Assembly: GCA_003427395.1 (NCBI GenBank)
Contig: BFEA01000041.1
Span: 2,449,770 to 2,513,769, forward strand
From: Chara braunii
Taxonomy: Eukaryota > Plantae > Charophyceae
Direction of reading: 5' to 3'
DNA: 64,000 bases
Shown: piece after piece, positions 27,087 through 40,324 of the stretch
Numbering within the stretch: the stretch's first letter is position 1
How the letters are laid out: each line of letters begins with the position of its first letter
Made by a program: the position numbers and the translations under genes
Notes under the pieces: model-generated
What the model was told of the DNA's origin: nothing
Database searches by the model: none
What the model saw: only the letters and a program-made list of their open reading frames with translations

Positions 27087-29519
27087 GACTTAAAGTGCTC
27101 TCAACAGGTTTCTGTGGGGATGCCTGCGACAATCAAGATGGGCAATGGTCCCTTTACCTCTAGTATAAACTGTCTTTCCCTTTTTTTTTTTATCGACAGG
27201 GACGCTGGGCCCGCTTTTCAGCAGGTGGAGCTCTGCGCCAATAGATGCTGAAAGGAGTCATCTACATGGCAACACCTCAATCTTCCTGAAGGCTCTCTTA
27301 TCGTTCTCAGGACTGCACATACGGAAAAAAAAAAAAAAAAAAAAAGAATTCCGGCAGTGTCACACTTTCAGTTTCGAAAGGGCAAAAAAAAGTTAAAAAA
27401 AGCAATGTGTGGGCAACAACATCAAGTGTGGAGTTTGAAAAAGGCAATATCGGTAAAAATGGCTGCGGCCCGTGTGTGATTTTGTTGCCCTTTCCAAACT
27501 CAGCGCGCGAGTTTGTTTCCCTTTTCAAACTCGGCGCCCGGGTAACGCTTCTGTTGCCATTTCAAACTCGGCGCGCGAGTTTGTTGCCTGCGTGTGATTT
27601 TGTTGCCCTTTCCAAACTTTGTTTGTGCCGCAACCAAACTAAGTTCTAAGTTCCAAGTTCTAGCTATGATTTGACGACCCTATGCAACTCTACTATCCGA
27701 CGGGATTTATTTCACCAGTTCCACATGTGTACCATCATCACCCACTGGGCAGGTGCAAACAAGGACTTAAACCACAAGTACACAGCCCCAACCTTGTCGT
27801 CCGAAACCTGTCACCACAAGAAAACGGGGCCAAAACGTCAAACGCTGGACCCGGCATTGATAAATTCGATCGGTGGTGGCGTTTGCATTTCATGCCTCCA
27901 GAATTTGAGGTGTCCGGCCCACGGCCCAGGTGCCCACGTACTGGTGGTTTAATTTTTGCATCATTAACCTCACGTCTACTATGGTAAAACATGACCGCGA
28001 CAGTCACCTCCCTTGCTGCCTTGCTGCCTTGCTGCCTCGCTTCCTTGCTGCCTCGCCTCCTTGCTGCCTTGCTATTCCGCTGCTTTGCTGTTTCACTGCG
28101 TTGCTGCCTTGTTGCCTGCTGCTCATCCTGGTGCCCTGCTGCTCACCTTCTTGTTTGGCTCCCCACCCGCCTTCCGTGCGCCCTCCAGCTCATGTGCCTT
28201 GTTGTTGCTTGCCGTTAATTGCCATCGATTGCCCTTGAATGCCTTGTTGCCTTGTTCCCTTGCTACTCATGCTGCTACCCTGCTGCTTGCCTTTATCGTT
28301 TGGCTGCACTTTCGCCTTCCCCGTGCCCTCAGGCCTATGTGCCTTGCTGTTTTCTGCTGTTCAATGCCTCGTCGCCCCTCCCTTGCCTTGCTGCCGGTCA
28401 TGTCACCTGCTCGCCGTCCACTTACAACAGGGCTTACAGGACATCATGACTCCAAACATCAATACGGGGATTCTGCAGACTGTCGAGGGTTCAGCCTCCT
28501 GATGAGTCAGTGCAAGTCTAAGGAAACAATCTCTCATGATCCTTGTTCTTTTCTTTGATCGTTTTTCTGACCTCCAAGAGGTTTCTTTATGATGCTTTTT
28601 TGGGGCTACGGACCCGGCTACCCGATATGATGCTGTCCTGGGCCTACCGTGAATGCACCAATTGCGGAGATGTTTTGTATACCTTGGCGCACTTGTCAGC
28701 AGCTTAATGCCGCATGCTTCACTACGAGTGCTGCGGTCTATAATGGTCTGTGTGCCCATACGTATTGGTTTATGTTTCTGAGACCTGGTTGGTTGACTCG
28801 GGATTTTCTTGGGCTAATATCTTCCACTTAGACATTCTTCCACAAAACGAAACTTCCATTTTGTGGAGCGGGTTTTTACAGACCTTCGGCCTCTCATCTC
28901 ACGGCGAGCACACCACAAAGTACATTGAGTCTGACTGAGATTGGATTGACTTTTCCCTTTTTCTTTTTCTTTTTTAACAACACTAGTATTCACAGCTAGC
29001 AGTGGGATTGACTTTTCCCTGGCATGCTTTTCACACAACTTGCCGTGATGCCATCGCTGAGGTCTAATGCCCCCAACACACACACATACACATGCATACA
29101 CACACATAACAATAAAAGAAATACAAATTAAGAATTAAAATTTAAAAATGATAGAAAAGAAAACACTCAAGAGAAAAAATAGTAAAATACCTTCGTCTTT
29201 ACATACATGCATTTGCTGCCTTTTATGATCCTCCCACATTTATGATGCAAAATTCAAATTGCGAGAAATTGCACGACTTGGCGAAACTCAAACAAAGACA
29301 TGGAGAGAATTAAGAGCAGAACAGAATGAACCAAATGAAAAAATAAAAAGGATTACACAAGTTGAACTAATGTCTTCCTTTCTCCTCTTATCATCCTTTT
29401 CTCCCTTACTCATCCTCCTCTCATAAACAATTAATTACAGCAACAAATGAATGAATGAACAGGAATCATGCCCGAGTAATCCCCTGTATTGCCAGCTGTC
29501 AAAGAGCTTTCCTTTCAGC

Positions 29520-30420
29520 CATAACCTCACTTCTCTCCCCTTGGAAGCAACTAGCACTGCGGAACATCTGTTCTCAGGGCGATGGAATGGATCATCAAAT
29601 TGTATGAACAAAGAGGTCTGAGTCGAGTATGAGTTAAGGTTAGGGGTAAAGGAGCGACGTTTGGGAGAGCAGCCGGGGAGGTCGGGTGGAAGACGATGTC
29701 GTTTGAGCTGATCCTACGATTTGTAAAGTATGGTCGAGCACATACTCTGATGGTAGCGTCCACAGTAATTCTGCAGCAGAGGGAGGGCATCCCAATGGGG
29801 AAGAGTAACAGCCCTGCCCTCGCGTGGTTGTTATGTGCACACTGCGAGAACTCATTCCTGAATGCCCTGGGGCCAGAGAGGAAGCTGGTGCACGGCTGTC
29901 ACCTGGTTGATGACGTGTCCGTATTCATATCTTTTCGCATCGACTAGCGAGAGAGCCTCCCAAAGGTAGCGAACATAATAGAGAAGTTTGAAGGATGTTA
30001 CGACGAGAGATTGACCCTAAAGCGAACTGACGAGGCTGTCGGTCCCTTCTTGGGATGTGAGATCCAAGTATGTACTCCCCGTTAGTTACATGCATGACGA
30101 CTACGGCCAACAGCCTGATGCTACTGAAAGAGGGGGACATCGTAATCCAAGGGTTGCAAGACTTTATGTCCTATTCGTCAATCCAAGCCAAGAAGGCGGT
30201 AATACCCGGGCATTTGCGCAGGGTGTGGAACCACATCACAGCTAAGGAGCAAGCGGGACCGACCCTATTAGCCCTGAAAATGGAGCTTCGGAGGCAGGGG
30301 TTCCCTGGGAACTTTTTCGATGCACGGTTTTTTATACTTTTGTCAGAAGTCAAGGACGAGGCCTGTGACGATTGGGTGCAGATTTTATGTGACAAGGATC
30401 AGGGTTGTTCTGCACAAGAC
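29520..30420 (+). pseudogene. Second, divergent PLE RT fragment
   Basis: GIPMGKSNSPALA, HLVDDVS and QDFMSYSS..KK.V...LRRVW parallel the RT at 41966-43267. Confidence 0.82.
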
Positions 30421-30639
30421 GGGACGCATGAACAAGACCACCGATTACTGCAAGATTCGGAACAGCACCGTACAAACTGCATACTAACCACGCACTTGGC
30501 GCCCAAGGTCCGGTGGGTGCACCAGGGTGATGTGGCGCCAACATGGACTGATGATGTCTCAAGACTCTGAACGGACTTGAGAAACTGAGCGCGGACAGGG
30601 TCTGACGGGAAACCGAGGGTGCGAGCGGGAGAACTGGTT

Positions 30640-31780
30640 TTCATTTTTTTCAATTTGTGAGACAGTAGGAAAGAGCAGGAAACATCCCATCCAAATCCTT
30701 CTCTGGACTAACATTCCTGACCTGGTCCAGCTCAAGAAGACAGAGAGATTATGGTTCGTCCTGATCAGGAAGGTGACGTTATGGATCATTTGGAAAGAGA
30801 GATGCTGCAGATCCATCGAAGGGTTGTCCAACCCAAGAGAGAAGGTATGGGTGGAGACGAGAACCATGCTACAGGCTGAAATTCTCTGCAGATGGCAGAA
30901 GTTAAAGCAGACGATGCCTGAAGACGAGGACCTGCGAGAAAAGACTAGGAAAAAGTTCAACAGGCTGTGGTTAGTGGACAGTAAGGTGGCTGAGCTACGG
31001 AACGACCGGATTTACTGGAAAGACTGGCACAATTCAGAGACAGGCAGGAGAACCCAGACTGTGCCTGCAACAGACAGGCAGCTGAGTTGAAGGGAGTAAG
31101 GGATACCAGACACCAGGAACGAGAGCCAAGGGGAGAGGTAAGGAGGATTAAGATTGGTGTTGGGAGGAGGGGACCTAGGTCTGCCATGGACGCTGCAAAA
31201 CGGATCCCGGTCGGACAAGAGAGAGGGCAACAAGAGCTGATACGAGGGACAGGTTTACACACCTTACAACAGGAATGACAGAACGCAAAGAGAACCCTTG
31301 GTTCACAATCATCAGGTTGTCTCTAGAAGAGGTGCAACAGAGAAAGGTTATTACGATGAAGAATGAGGGAGGGTTTAGGGTTTTAGGGTCTTAATCATCA
31401 GGTAACGGCTCAGGGGCTCTAGGGTCTAAGGGTTTTTGGTCAGTTGAAACAGTTTAAGACAAACGATCGTTGGCAACAGGGTAGATGGCGATTGGTAGAT
31501 ATCAAGGGGTGGATAGGAAAAAGGGAATTGAGTTGTATGCATGATCAGAAAATGTGGGGGTTCAGGGCATGTTGAGGGACAGAGGGGTTGTTCAAGGGGC
31601 TAGACCCTTTCTTGGTGTTCGGGCCCTAAATGGTAGGTTTTGTGCAACAAACCTGAGAGGAAAGGGTATAGCACCGCAAGCTGACAGTCAATCCTCCATG
31701 TGGATGGAGTAATCAATGCTGATCAGGGGTCCTTCGGCCGAACGGAAGGAAGCGTGTGTTTGCAATTATGATGTACTACT
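30640..31780 (+). mobile_element. LINE 3' end (ORF2 C-terminus plus purine-rich 3' UTR)
   Basis: TLWIIWKERC..LQAEILCRW resembles the C-terminus of the 21-24 kb LINE (VIWALWWQRC); shared 3' structure motif. Confidence 0.7.
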
Positions 31781-32559
31781 CTATTGACTTGCCGGTAGAA
31801 TAGGAACCGGACTGATGCTCCCCATAATGGAAAAGGAGCCGGGGCCATGAGGTCCTGTATTGTTAAAAAAATATATAAAAAAAAAGAAAGAGCGGGAAAA
31901 ACGTTTTGAAATTTTGTAGACGGCAGAGAACAAAGTGTTTAAGGGGGGGGAAAAAAAAAGTAGGAATGGCATAAAAAGCAAGAGAGTAGGAGTAGAACTC
32001 ACCTTTCGAGAGTAGATAGCCCCTGAAGACACTGCACTGGCAGCGGCAGAAACGCATCGGGCGTTTTGCCAGGATACTGCAGTAGGATGCTGCTTCATGT
32101 ATAAAGATGAGCTTCACGACGATATCCGAGTGCTTCACACTGTGCTCTTCTTGATTTATCATCGTAACTTTCGGAGGGATTTTTATTACTTCTTGCTCTG
32201 TCCGGTCACACGTCTGTGTTTTCAAATATATGATTGTCGAATTATGATTGGATTCGTCACGTCAATGTCAAGTGTGGGATGAATGTCCTGAGTGTGTGTA
32301 GGACGAGTGCGTATGTGAATGAATTGTGTGGGGGTTATACTCTTCACGACGGTACCGAGTGTGCGGTGGTCAAAGTGCGGATGGCGTGAGTGTGTATGAG
32401 ACGTGGACACACTTTAACAAATTGGGTGGAGTGAATGTATCCATACGAGAAGATTAGACTGAGTGTGTTTAGTAATAAACTTAAATAAAGTGCATACTTG
32501 TGAGCCGATCTGGTCGCAATTTTTTGGATTTTGGAACTGTGTGACACAGTCGGAGTCAA

Positions 32560-33620
32560 TGGATCACTGTACTAACGAATCTGGTTTTTCGATCCAATAT
32601 ACTGACCACCCTCTGCGCAGCCAGCCAGGACGTGTGCTCTCACGATGGTTCTTGCATCTCTCTTATCACGGACGTTTGAAGGACAACACAATCTCTCCGA
32701 TGCCGCTCCCATCTCTTTCCACCATAGCCTTGATCTCTGAAGTCCAAGACCAACTGGAACCCACACAGTGGCCTTCTAGATGCAGCGCCAACCATAGCCA
32801 CAGGTGAGTCTCTCTGGTCTGTTCCTCTCTCTCTCCCCCCTTACTCATCCTCCTTACCCCTCTCTCAACCTTCTCCATGGGCTGTCATGGGGCGCTTCAC
32901 CCTCTACCTCCATAGCCAAGGTCTACTCCCTCCTACTCCTCCTCCATAGCCAGGGAGGCTTTCTTCTCCACCCTCCAGCTCCACCCCTCAGCAGGCGCTC
33001 ACATCACCCTGTGGGTGGACCAGCAGCTTGACTGCCAGGTAAGATACCGACTGCTTCACTCATTGTACTCGAATGATATACTCTTGCAACTCGCCCTCAC
33101 AGCTTCACTTAGACTGTGGTACCATACCGCTGCACTCCGGGGTACTAGGTCTTTTGGCCGGAATAGCATTGCAGCCTGCAAGTCTACCTCAGGGCCTGGA
33201 TCCCACCTACTGGATATTTAGGTTCAGCCCTGACTACGCATGACTTTCTGGAAGCTACCAGGTCCTTCTAGGCCTACCGGACTACTGCTGGCCTCCCTAA
33301 GTTGCTGGAAAACCCTTGTTGGTACTACCCTAATTCTACTTGTGTCCCTGTCCGTCCTAGCCTTTTTAGAAGTCCGTCCAGTCCCCAATTTCAGTCTTGC
33401 CCGGGGACACAGGAAACACAGGGCAAGCACACAGTTTATACGCCACATAGCAATCATCACACGTGAACTTATACACATGCAAGCACACACCAAACTCACA
33501 CAGAACACAGGAATCTCACCAAATCAGACCATTAAGCAGGAATACTAAGAAAACAACTAAATCTCCGACTGATTCTGCGCAGGTCATTGCACTTCCACCG
33601 GCTCAAAAGTGAGGTCCCTT
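32560..33620 (-). repeat. LTR-like remnant homologous to 51250-52440
   Basis: Shared blocks such as GAATGATATACTC, GGAAGCTACC..CCTACC and CCGGGGACACAG.AAACACAG; lies downstream of the chromodomain remnant. Confidence 0.6.
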
Positions 33621-33699
33621 CGACCTAGAAAGAACCTAGGGAGCTGCATATAATGCATAATAGGCATAATGTGTGAAAAATGCAAGTGTATGCTCATGT

Positions 33700-34300
33700 G
33701 CATTGTAAATTGTAATCACACATCGGTCCACGCTCGTATCCATTGACAACATGAGGTGCAGTAATCTGCAACTTGGACCGAGAAATCCAATGAAGATAAT
33801 CAGGGGGATGATAAAGAAAATCCACCAAATATTTGTGTTTTCGGCCTTTACCCTTGGGTTTGCATATGAGATCAATCTCAAAGCCACCATTGATGCGGTG
33901 TGGAATCATGGCGGCCTGCGGGGAAATTCACCTATGTTAATGCAGGGGTTTTAGATGCATGACACACCGTATGTGTACGCAGATGCGGAGGAATATCCAT
34001 GTCATAGGTGTGTCCACTGTCCAAGGGCAACAGTTTGCGTGACACTCCCTCCTCATCGGAGGAGACATTTTGACCCAGAGATAATATCTTTCCTTGAGAG
34101 TTACAGGTCCGCGTCGCTTGTTTGCATGCTTGACCATGGCCCTTGCTATTTGCACATCGCTGAGACAACGTGTGCGAGCAGTGTGTGGTACTTTATGCCG
34201 TAACCAGGCATGCCAGGGGTTAAGTCCATCTCCAGATTAGGCAATAGGTAGTCAATAGGATTGGAAACTGGCCAACCAAACTTTTTTGTTGGTTCCTGCT
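33700..34300 (-). pseudogene. Integrase tail plus chromodomain of another chromovirus-like element
   Basis: PIDYLLP..PG, IPPHLRTHTVCHASK and FEIDLIC..KYLVDF..WISRSKL.TAPHVV..YE align with the integrase tail at 10975-11650. Confidence 0.7.
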
Positions 34301-36264
34301 GATAACCTGCTTGTACCAATGTATGGGGATCATTTGCTTAGAAATCTAGGCGAAGAAGGACTTCGTACTTCATACCTTCAGAGGTGTTTCAGCACATAGC
34401 GAGATTACGAGGCTCATATTCGAACCTCAGGCTCTACATAAGAAAAATGTGATTGTGTAGACTTGGTGTCAGTCTGTGGTTGGGCTGGAGGTTCAGAAAC
34501 AATTTGGGAAACCGACTTCGCTCCGACTCTATGTTGTTAGCTGTCCTTTCCGCTGCGTAGATAGGCCTGACATACTTCTTCAGCTTGATCCGTGTTTCCC
34601 CTTATAAAGCGTCCCCCCTTCTTACAAATGCAAGAAGACCCCTTTATCTAGGCGGCTTTACCAAGTTTCTTCTAAGATCTCGAGGGCTTTCCATGGAGAA
34701 GACGCTTCTTATACATGGCCACCGCACAACTCAAACCCAGTAAGGCTCTCTCTCCCTCTCACTCCTGCACTACCCTCAGGCCTAACTCGCTTGCTCTTTG
34801 AATGCCTTCCTGAAGCGATACCGATACATCTCCCTCTCTCCGTCTCATTCTAATAGGTAGAGCTATGGTGTTGAGTGCCATCAACTACCATGTACTTCAG
34901 CCTCATCCGTTGCTTGACCACACAAGTTCGCAACAATGCTTCCTCGACAGGCACAAATGCAAATTGTGCCGATGACGTGTGGGCGGCGGGCTTTGAACTT
35001 GTTGTAGCCTGACTTCCGCTTCGGAACGGTTCCCTGACATGTGGCAGCGGTCGATGTTGACGCATACGGAGTTTTGTTGGACTTCCCTTGGACTGAGCTG
35101 TGACACTGACACACGACTTACTTCCTGACAGACCTCCTGAACTTTCTAACTAGAACGGCCTAATGACCCTACTGGACCTTATATGGTGACTTATGGTACT
35201 TGCAGGTTGGACGATGATACAGGAGATGCTAGACTTGGAATCGGGAGTGGGACTTTGGACTCTGGCCGGTGTGAAATCCTTTCCCTTCTATCCACCCCAG
35301 ACTACGCAGAGACCGCAACATAGTGTTAACAGCACAAAACCTGGGATGTTACATGTCACTCTGACCGCATCCACTTTCTCGCACCTGACTATATACTAAC
35401 GTAAATACAGTTGTGGCCCACAAATGCATACCCAACATCCCCCATCTAACGCCCATAGTGCATTTTCCACCATTCCCCACCTACTCCCATGACTAAGTCC
35501 TTCAGAGAGTAACCTGTCCCTGTATGACCTCGTATCAAACCCCATGGCTTCCCCTCGCCCTACCGCAACCTGCATGTATTACCCATCATTGCATACCTTC
35601 GCCCCAATTACCTATCCACAACACGATACAGAGCTCTAAAAATACCTTCCGGCCATCTCCGTACGTACCCACGTCTACGTACAATCCTTAACTGTCCACC
35701 CTACAGACTACCCCTGCTCACTGAAATGCCCTCAGTTCCCCTGTCATACTGCCTACATGCAACCCCTCTCCATTTCCCCCTGTTGAGGGATCACCAAAGC
35801 GGTCACTCCACATTGCCGACCACAAGAACCTTCATTCAGAATTGTAATCACGGACACATTTTGATGCCTTTACGCTCCAAAAGCTCAGGAAAACGTTGTA
35901 AGTACAGCAAAAAGGAGAAGCAAGGTCATTGCACAAATTATGTTTTTAACCCAACAACAAGTGGACCTGCCGCAGCTACGCTGCGGAGAAGGACGATGAC
36001 GAAACATTTTGCAAAACACCCCAGCCATCAGTTGGATCCCATCTTTGCAATGTACCCCTACAGGATGCTGCCCAATGTTGCAAAATGCCCTGGCAGTTCC
36101 TAAGTTTTCGCACACACACACACAAAAAAAAAAAAAAAAGAAAAGAAAAAAGAAGTGTATATTTCCATGTTGTAGCGGTAGATTCATTCGATTTTGCTGA
36201 TCCTATCGATGGAAGTACACCCCCTTTACACACCCCTGGGCCCTTGCCCCCCACCCCTCCCCTC

Positions 36265-36283
36265 CTCTCTTTCTCTCTCTCTC

Positions 36284-36359
<76 letters not shown>

Positions 36360-37101
36360 TCTCTCTCTCTCNNNNNNNNNNNNNNNNNNNNNNNNNNNNN
36401 NNNNNNNNNNNNNNNNNNNNNNNNNNNNNNNNNNNNNNNNNNNNNNNNNNNNNNNNNNNNNNNNNNNNNNNNNNNNNNNNNNNNNNNNNNNNNNNNNNNN
36501 NNNNNNNNNNNNNNNNNNNNNNNNNNNNNNNNNNNNNNNNNNNNNNNNNNNNNNNNNNNNNNNNNNNNNNNNNNNNNNNNNNNNNNNNNNNNNNNNNNNN
36601 NNNNNNNNNNNNNNNNNNNNNNNNNNNNNNNNNNNNNNNNNNNNNNNNNNNNNNNNNNNNNNNNNNNNNNNNNNNNNNNNNNNNNNNNNNNNNNNNNNNN
36701 NNNNNNNNNNNNNNNNNNNNNNNNNNNNNNNNNNNNNNNNNNNNNNNNNNNNNNNNNNNNNNNNNNNNNNNNNNNNNNNNNNNNNNNNNNNNNNNNNNNN
36801 NNNNNNNNNNNNNNNNNNNNNNNNNNNNNNNNNNNNNNNNNNNNNNNNNNNNNNNNNNNNNNNNNNNNNNNNNNNNNNNNNNNNNNNNNNNNNNNNNNNN
36901 NNNNNNNNNNNNNNNNNNNNNNNNNNNNNNNNNNNNNNNNNNNNNNNNNNNNNNNNNNNNNNNNNNNNNNNNNNNNNNNNNNNNNNNNNNNNNNNNNNNN
37001 NNNNNNNNNNNNNNNNNNNNNNNNNNNNNNNNNNNNNNNNNNNNNNNNNNNNNNNNNNNNNNNNNNNNNNNNNNNNNNNNNNNNNNNNNNNNNNNNNNNN
37101 N

Positions 37102-37185
<84 letters not shown>
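36265..37185. repeat. (CT)n microsatellite spanning an N gap, left flank of the PLE; (CT)n resumes at 43961-44023
   Basis: Directly visible. Confidence 0.95.
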
Positions 37186-37188
<3 letters not shown>

Positions 37189-38030
37189 CCCTGGCCCAAT
37201 TGGCCAAGGCTGTGCCAAACCGAGCACTGCATTGTCTACTGGCAGCATTTACAGGCACGGCAGGATGGGCGAAGCAACGGAGGAGTGGTAAGACGGAGAT
37301 CGCAAGCCGGGTGGGTAGTAGCTTTAGGGGGTAGAGACCCTTTTCTAGGACACACAGCGAGCCCGGATCTGGCACGATTCCTGGGAAATGTTCTTTCAGT
37401 TTTTCAGTTCTGAAAACGATGATTTTATTTAGTTTATTTTATTTATCGGCTTGCTTTTTTCGAATCGCAGATTCGACTGGACCTCGTACTTAACACCCGA
37501 CGGGTGGCGCACAAGGATTTTGGATAGACACGAGTAGACACAGGGTTCCCGGAGGACGTTTCGGGAACGGGATTTTGGAAATTTAGGAAATTTTGAAACT
37601 TTCAATTTTGGTTCCACTGTATTTGGAGGTAGTCTGACGCAGGGTACAAACATGACTTAGGAAGGGTAAACGCTAGCTCGAGTTTTGACCGGCGGACTAG
37701 TAGCTTCCGTTTTTAGATCTTGATGACGAAGTAGCGAGCTTCTTGGACAGGGGCAGAAGGATGTCCAGACGGTTCTTTTGGACGGAGACTGAGATATATA
37801 GCGGGAGACAAGGCTGAAGTCTTCCCTTTTGAGAGCACAAAAACTCTACTTAGAGTCACCTTCCTGACGATCCTGTGCGGGCGGGTGAAACCGGTTGGGG
37901 GATTCCGCATGTTTTTGCTCAATTTTGCAGTTTTGCTATGGAACTCGCTATGGTGTTTTGCACGTACGTGTTCTGATACTTCGCGATCTTCCTGAACTGC
38001 ACAGACTGTGTTGCCGCAGTCTGCCATCTC
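37186..38030 (+). repeat. 5' pseudo-LTR of the PLE (RT C-terminus plus 3' UTR)
   Basis: Near-identical to 43119-43963 (offset 5933 bp). Confidence 0.95.
37853..37905 (+). ncRNA. Minimal type-I hammerhead ribozyme motif (5' pLTR)
   Basis: GAGTCACCTTC-CTGACGA-tcctgt gcgg gcgggt-GAAA-CCGGTT-GGGGGATTC: core boxes, palindromic ACCGGT helix III and a GU-rich helix I. Confidence 0.65.
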
Positions 38031-38406
38031 GTAGGCTCGCAGTAACCGCCAGCTAGCACGCGCTGTACGGTGGCTGCGTCGACAAGCGGAGTTCAAACTG
38101 GTGCTATCGGGGTCTGTACTACTCAGTGTACGACAACGATGAGGACGAACGCGAAAGATACACCGATGTGGCAGTCGGTATGACGACATGGCCACGGTGG
38201 ACTGGCGCGGATCTTCGGCGAGTACAAGGATTTTGGGACGGTGATCACATGAGACGTGATTGAGAGACGGAGGCGGTCATTTGGTGAATAGACCTGTCGT
38301 GATCGATATGAGGAAGGGCGGGAAAACGATCCAATTAGTGCTATTTGGTATAGGGGTCATATGCTTGGGTATAGGTTTGATCCTGGTGGGCGCAGCGTGC
38401 TGAAAA

Positions 38407-38682
38407 ATGTCGGATAATCAGGAAAATCAAGGGGAGGGGAACACGCGTACTAGAAGGCGATCCACGGTTAGAACGAGATTGATCCAGGCACTCGAGGATT
38501 ACGTGCGAAACACCGTAGAACCGATGCAATTGATGATCGGTTTCGTCAATAATGAGAGTTTGCGCTCTGCGCTATATGATATGTTGATGGGTTTGCTGAT
38601 TAAAATCGAAACTACACTACTTGTGCTGAGAACTAGACGCAGGGTTAGATATCGTGAGATAGTCGAGATTTGGAGAGAATAG
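38407..38682 (+). CDS. Small upstream ORF0 (91 aa, helical, unknown function) inside the PLE unit
   Basis: ATG-initiated, protein-like amphipathic sequence between the 5' pLTR and ORF1; no recognisable domain. Confidence 0.35.
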   Translation: MSDNQENQGEGNTRTRRRSTVRTRLIQALEDYVRNTVEPMQLMIGFVNNESLRSALYDMLMGLLIKIETTLLVLRTRRRVRYREIVEIWRE

Positions 38683-39091
38683 ATATTCAGACCAGGGCAA
38701 GAGTTTGGTGAACGTAAGCATCATTAGACTGAATTTATACGCGGAAGTGGTTAACGAGAGAATCGGTAGGAGGAAGGATTAGCTGACGGATTTTCGGAGG
38801 AAGAGACGCACACACCGGGAAATTTTCCTTAGGATTTGCAAGCAAACAATCGGGCAGAAATTTTGAATTCCGGAGACGACTGGAATCCCGGAATTTTAGT
38901 GGTGAAATCCGAAGGTGAGACGGAACACGATACTGATATTCGTATACGGATACTCATTTAACAAGGAAAGGACGTTACGACCGGGGTTAGTATACGATAA
39001 GTGACGAGTACGTGTGCGGGGGACGCAAGATTAACATGAATCTGACGTAGTAGGGACACGTGGAAGTGTACTGATTGGAGCGAGGACAGTG

Positions 39092-40324
39092 ATGTTTTTG
39101 ACAAATGGCCCCGGAGGGGGCGGACAGGAAAATGGACAAAACGGACAGCCGTACGCAAACGGGAGGATACAAAACAGGGGAGTGAACCAGCGGTACGCTG
39201 GCCAAAGCAACCCCGGAGATGGAGGAGGACGTAGCAGCATTAGCGGATGTTTAACTGCGGGAAAATGGGGCATATCGCCCACGATTGCTGGTCAGCAAGG
39301 AGGGATAGGGGCTACGCCCCCCAACAAGGGGACCCAGAGCTGGACGAGATGAAGGAAAATTTGAGGTAGATCAGGAGATAACGACTGGAGATGGAGGAGA
39401 AACGGCGAAAAGAGGAAGAACATAAGGCGAAAGAGGAAGAGGAGGTGAGGAGAAATCAGGATTTTGCCAGGAAAGCGGAAGAGTTCAAACTGCAACTTCG
39501 CACCGAACTCATGGAGGAATGGAGGAGGACGACAGCTGAAGCAACTATGGCAATGGAGAAGACCAGGAAACCCAGGAAGATCAAGGTTCCGATACGCGTT
39601 GTGAAGAGCAAGCGGAAAGGCAAACAGCAGAAGAGGAGGAGAAAGAAGGGAAGGGAGACTTCAGACGAAGACACAGAGGAAGAAAGCGACACGAACGAAG
39701 AGTCTACAGACTCCACCACTTCGGAATCGGATTCGGAACCACGGCAAGCGAGGAGAAAGGCAAGGACAGGACGGCAGAAGAAACGCCCCACAAGTAGACG
39801 AGCAAGTACGAAGGGCAAAGGAGGATTGGGGATACCCCACCCAGAGTTCATGAACTTGGCGAGTGCTCGAGGCAACGGAAGTCGGGACAGACGGAGGGGA
39901 GCATGCAGGAGGTGGCAAAGGAGGCGGACGAACCTATGACACCACTTACGGGTGGTTTCAAAGGCATGTCTGCAGGATGCTCACAGAAAGGGCTGATAGA
40001 CTACTGCATTCTGCTCATAAGATCTACTTCGCTAAGAAGGCGGATGCCTTAAGGAAGGTCTGTGAAAAGAAAGGTTTCAAATACATGAAGAAACCTGAAG
40101 TCGTGGAGATGCTTGCCAGACAAAAAGTTCAACTGGCATATGACAGCTTTGAAGACCAAACGGAGATTGGAAGATCTGCTGGGAAGACGAAAGCCTCTGG
40201 CTCTCCGCGGGAGGTGTTTACAAAGGACAGGACTACATCCGTCAAGCACACGACACGGGCGACACCAGTGATTATTCGTTCGGCAACAGTCCAGCCTGCA
40301 GACAAACCTGAAGAATCCGATTGA
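39092..40324 (+). pseudogene. PLE ORF1, gag-like: G/N/Q-rich N-terminus, CCHC zinc knuckle, charged coiled coil, basic/acidic tract, SAP/HeH-like helix; frameshifted
   Basis: Restoring one T at ~39251 gives C-FN-C-GKMG-H-IAHD-C (CX2CX4HX4C). KKADALRKVCEKKGFKYMKKPEVVEML resembles the SAP pattern by eye. Confidence 0.7.

Noticed and set aside
30545-30620. Possible hammerhead (CTGATGA...GAAA) after the second PLE fragment
   Set aside because: The helix II register consumes the GAAA box, and no convincing helix I/III or cleavage triplet was found.
31370-31435. Interstitial telomeric TTTAGGG repeats
   Set aside because: Only about two good units occur, within a LINE 3' UTR; insufficient evidence.
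35976-37413. Long ORFs of 340-440 aa (also 11793-12876, 20742-21368, 44115-44763)
   Set aside because: They run through N gaps and (CT)n or poly(A) tracts. Only the integrase part of 11793-12387 is real.
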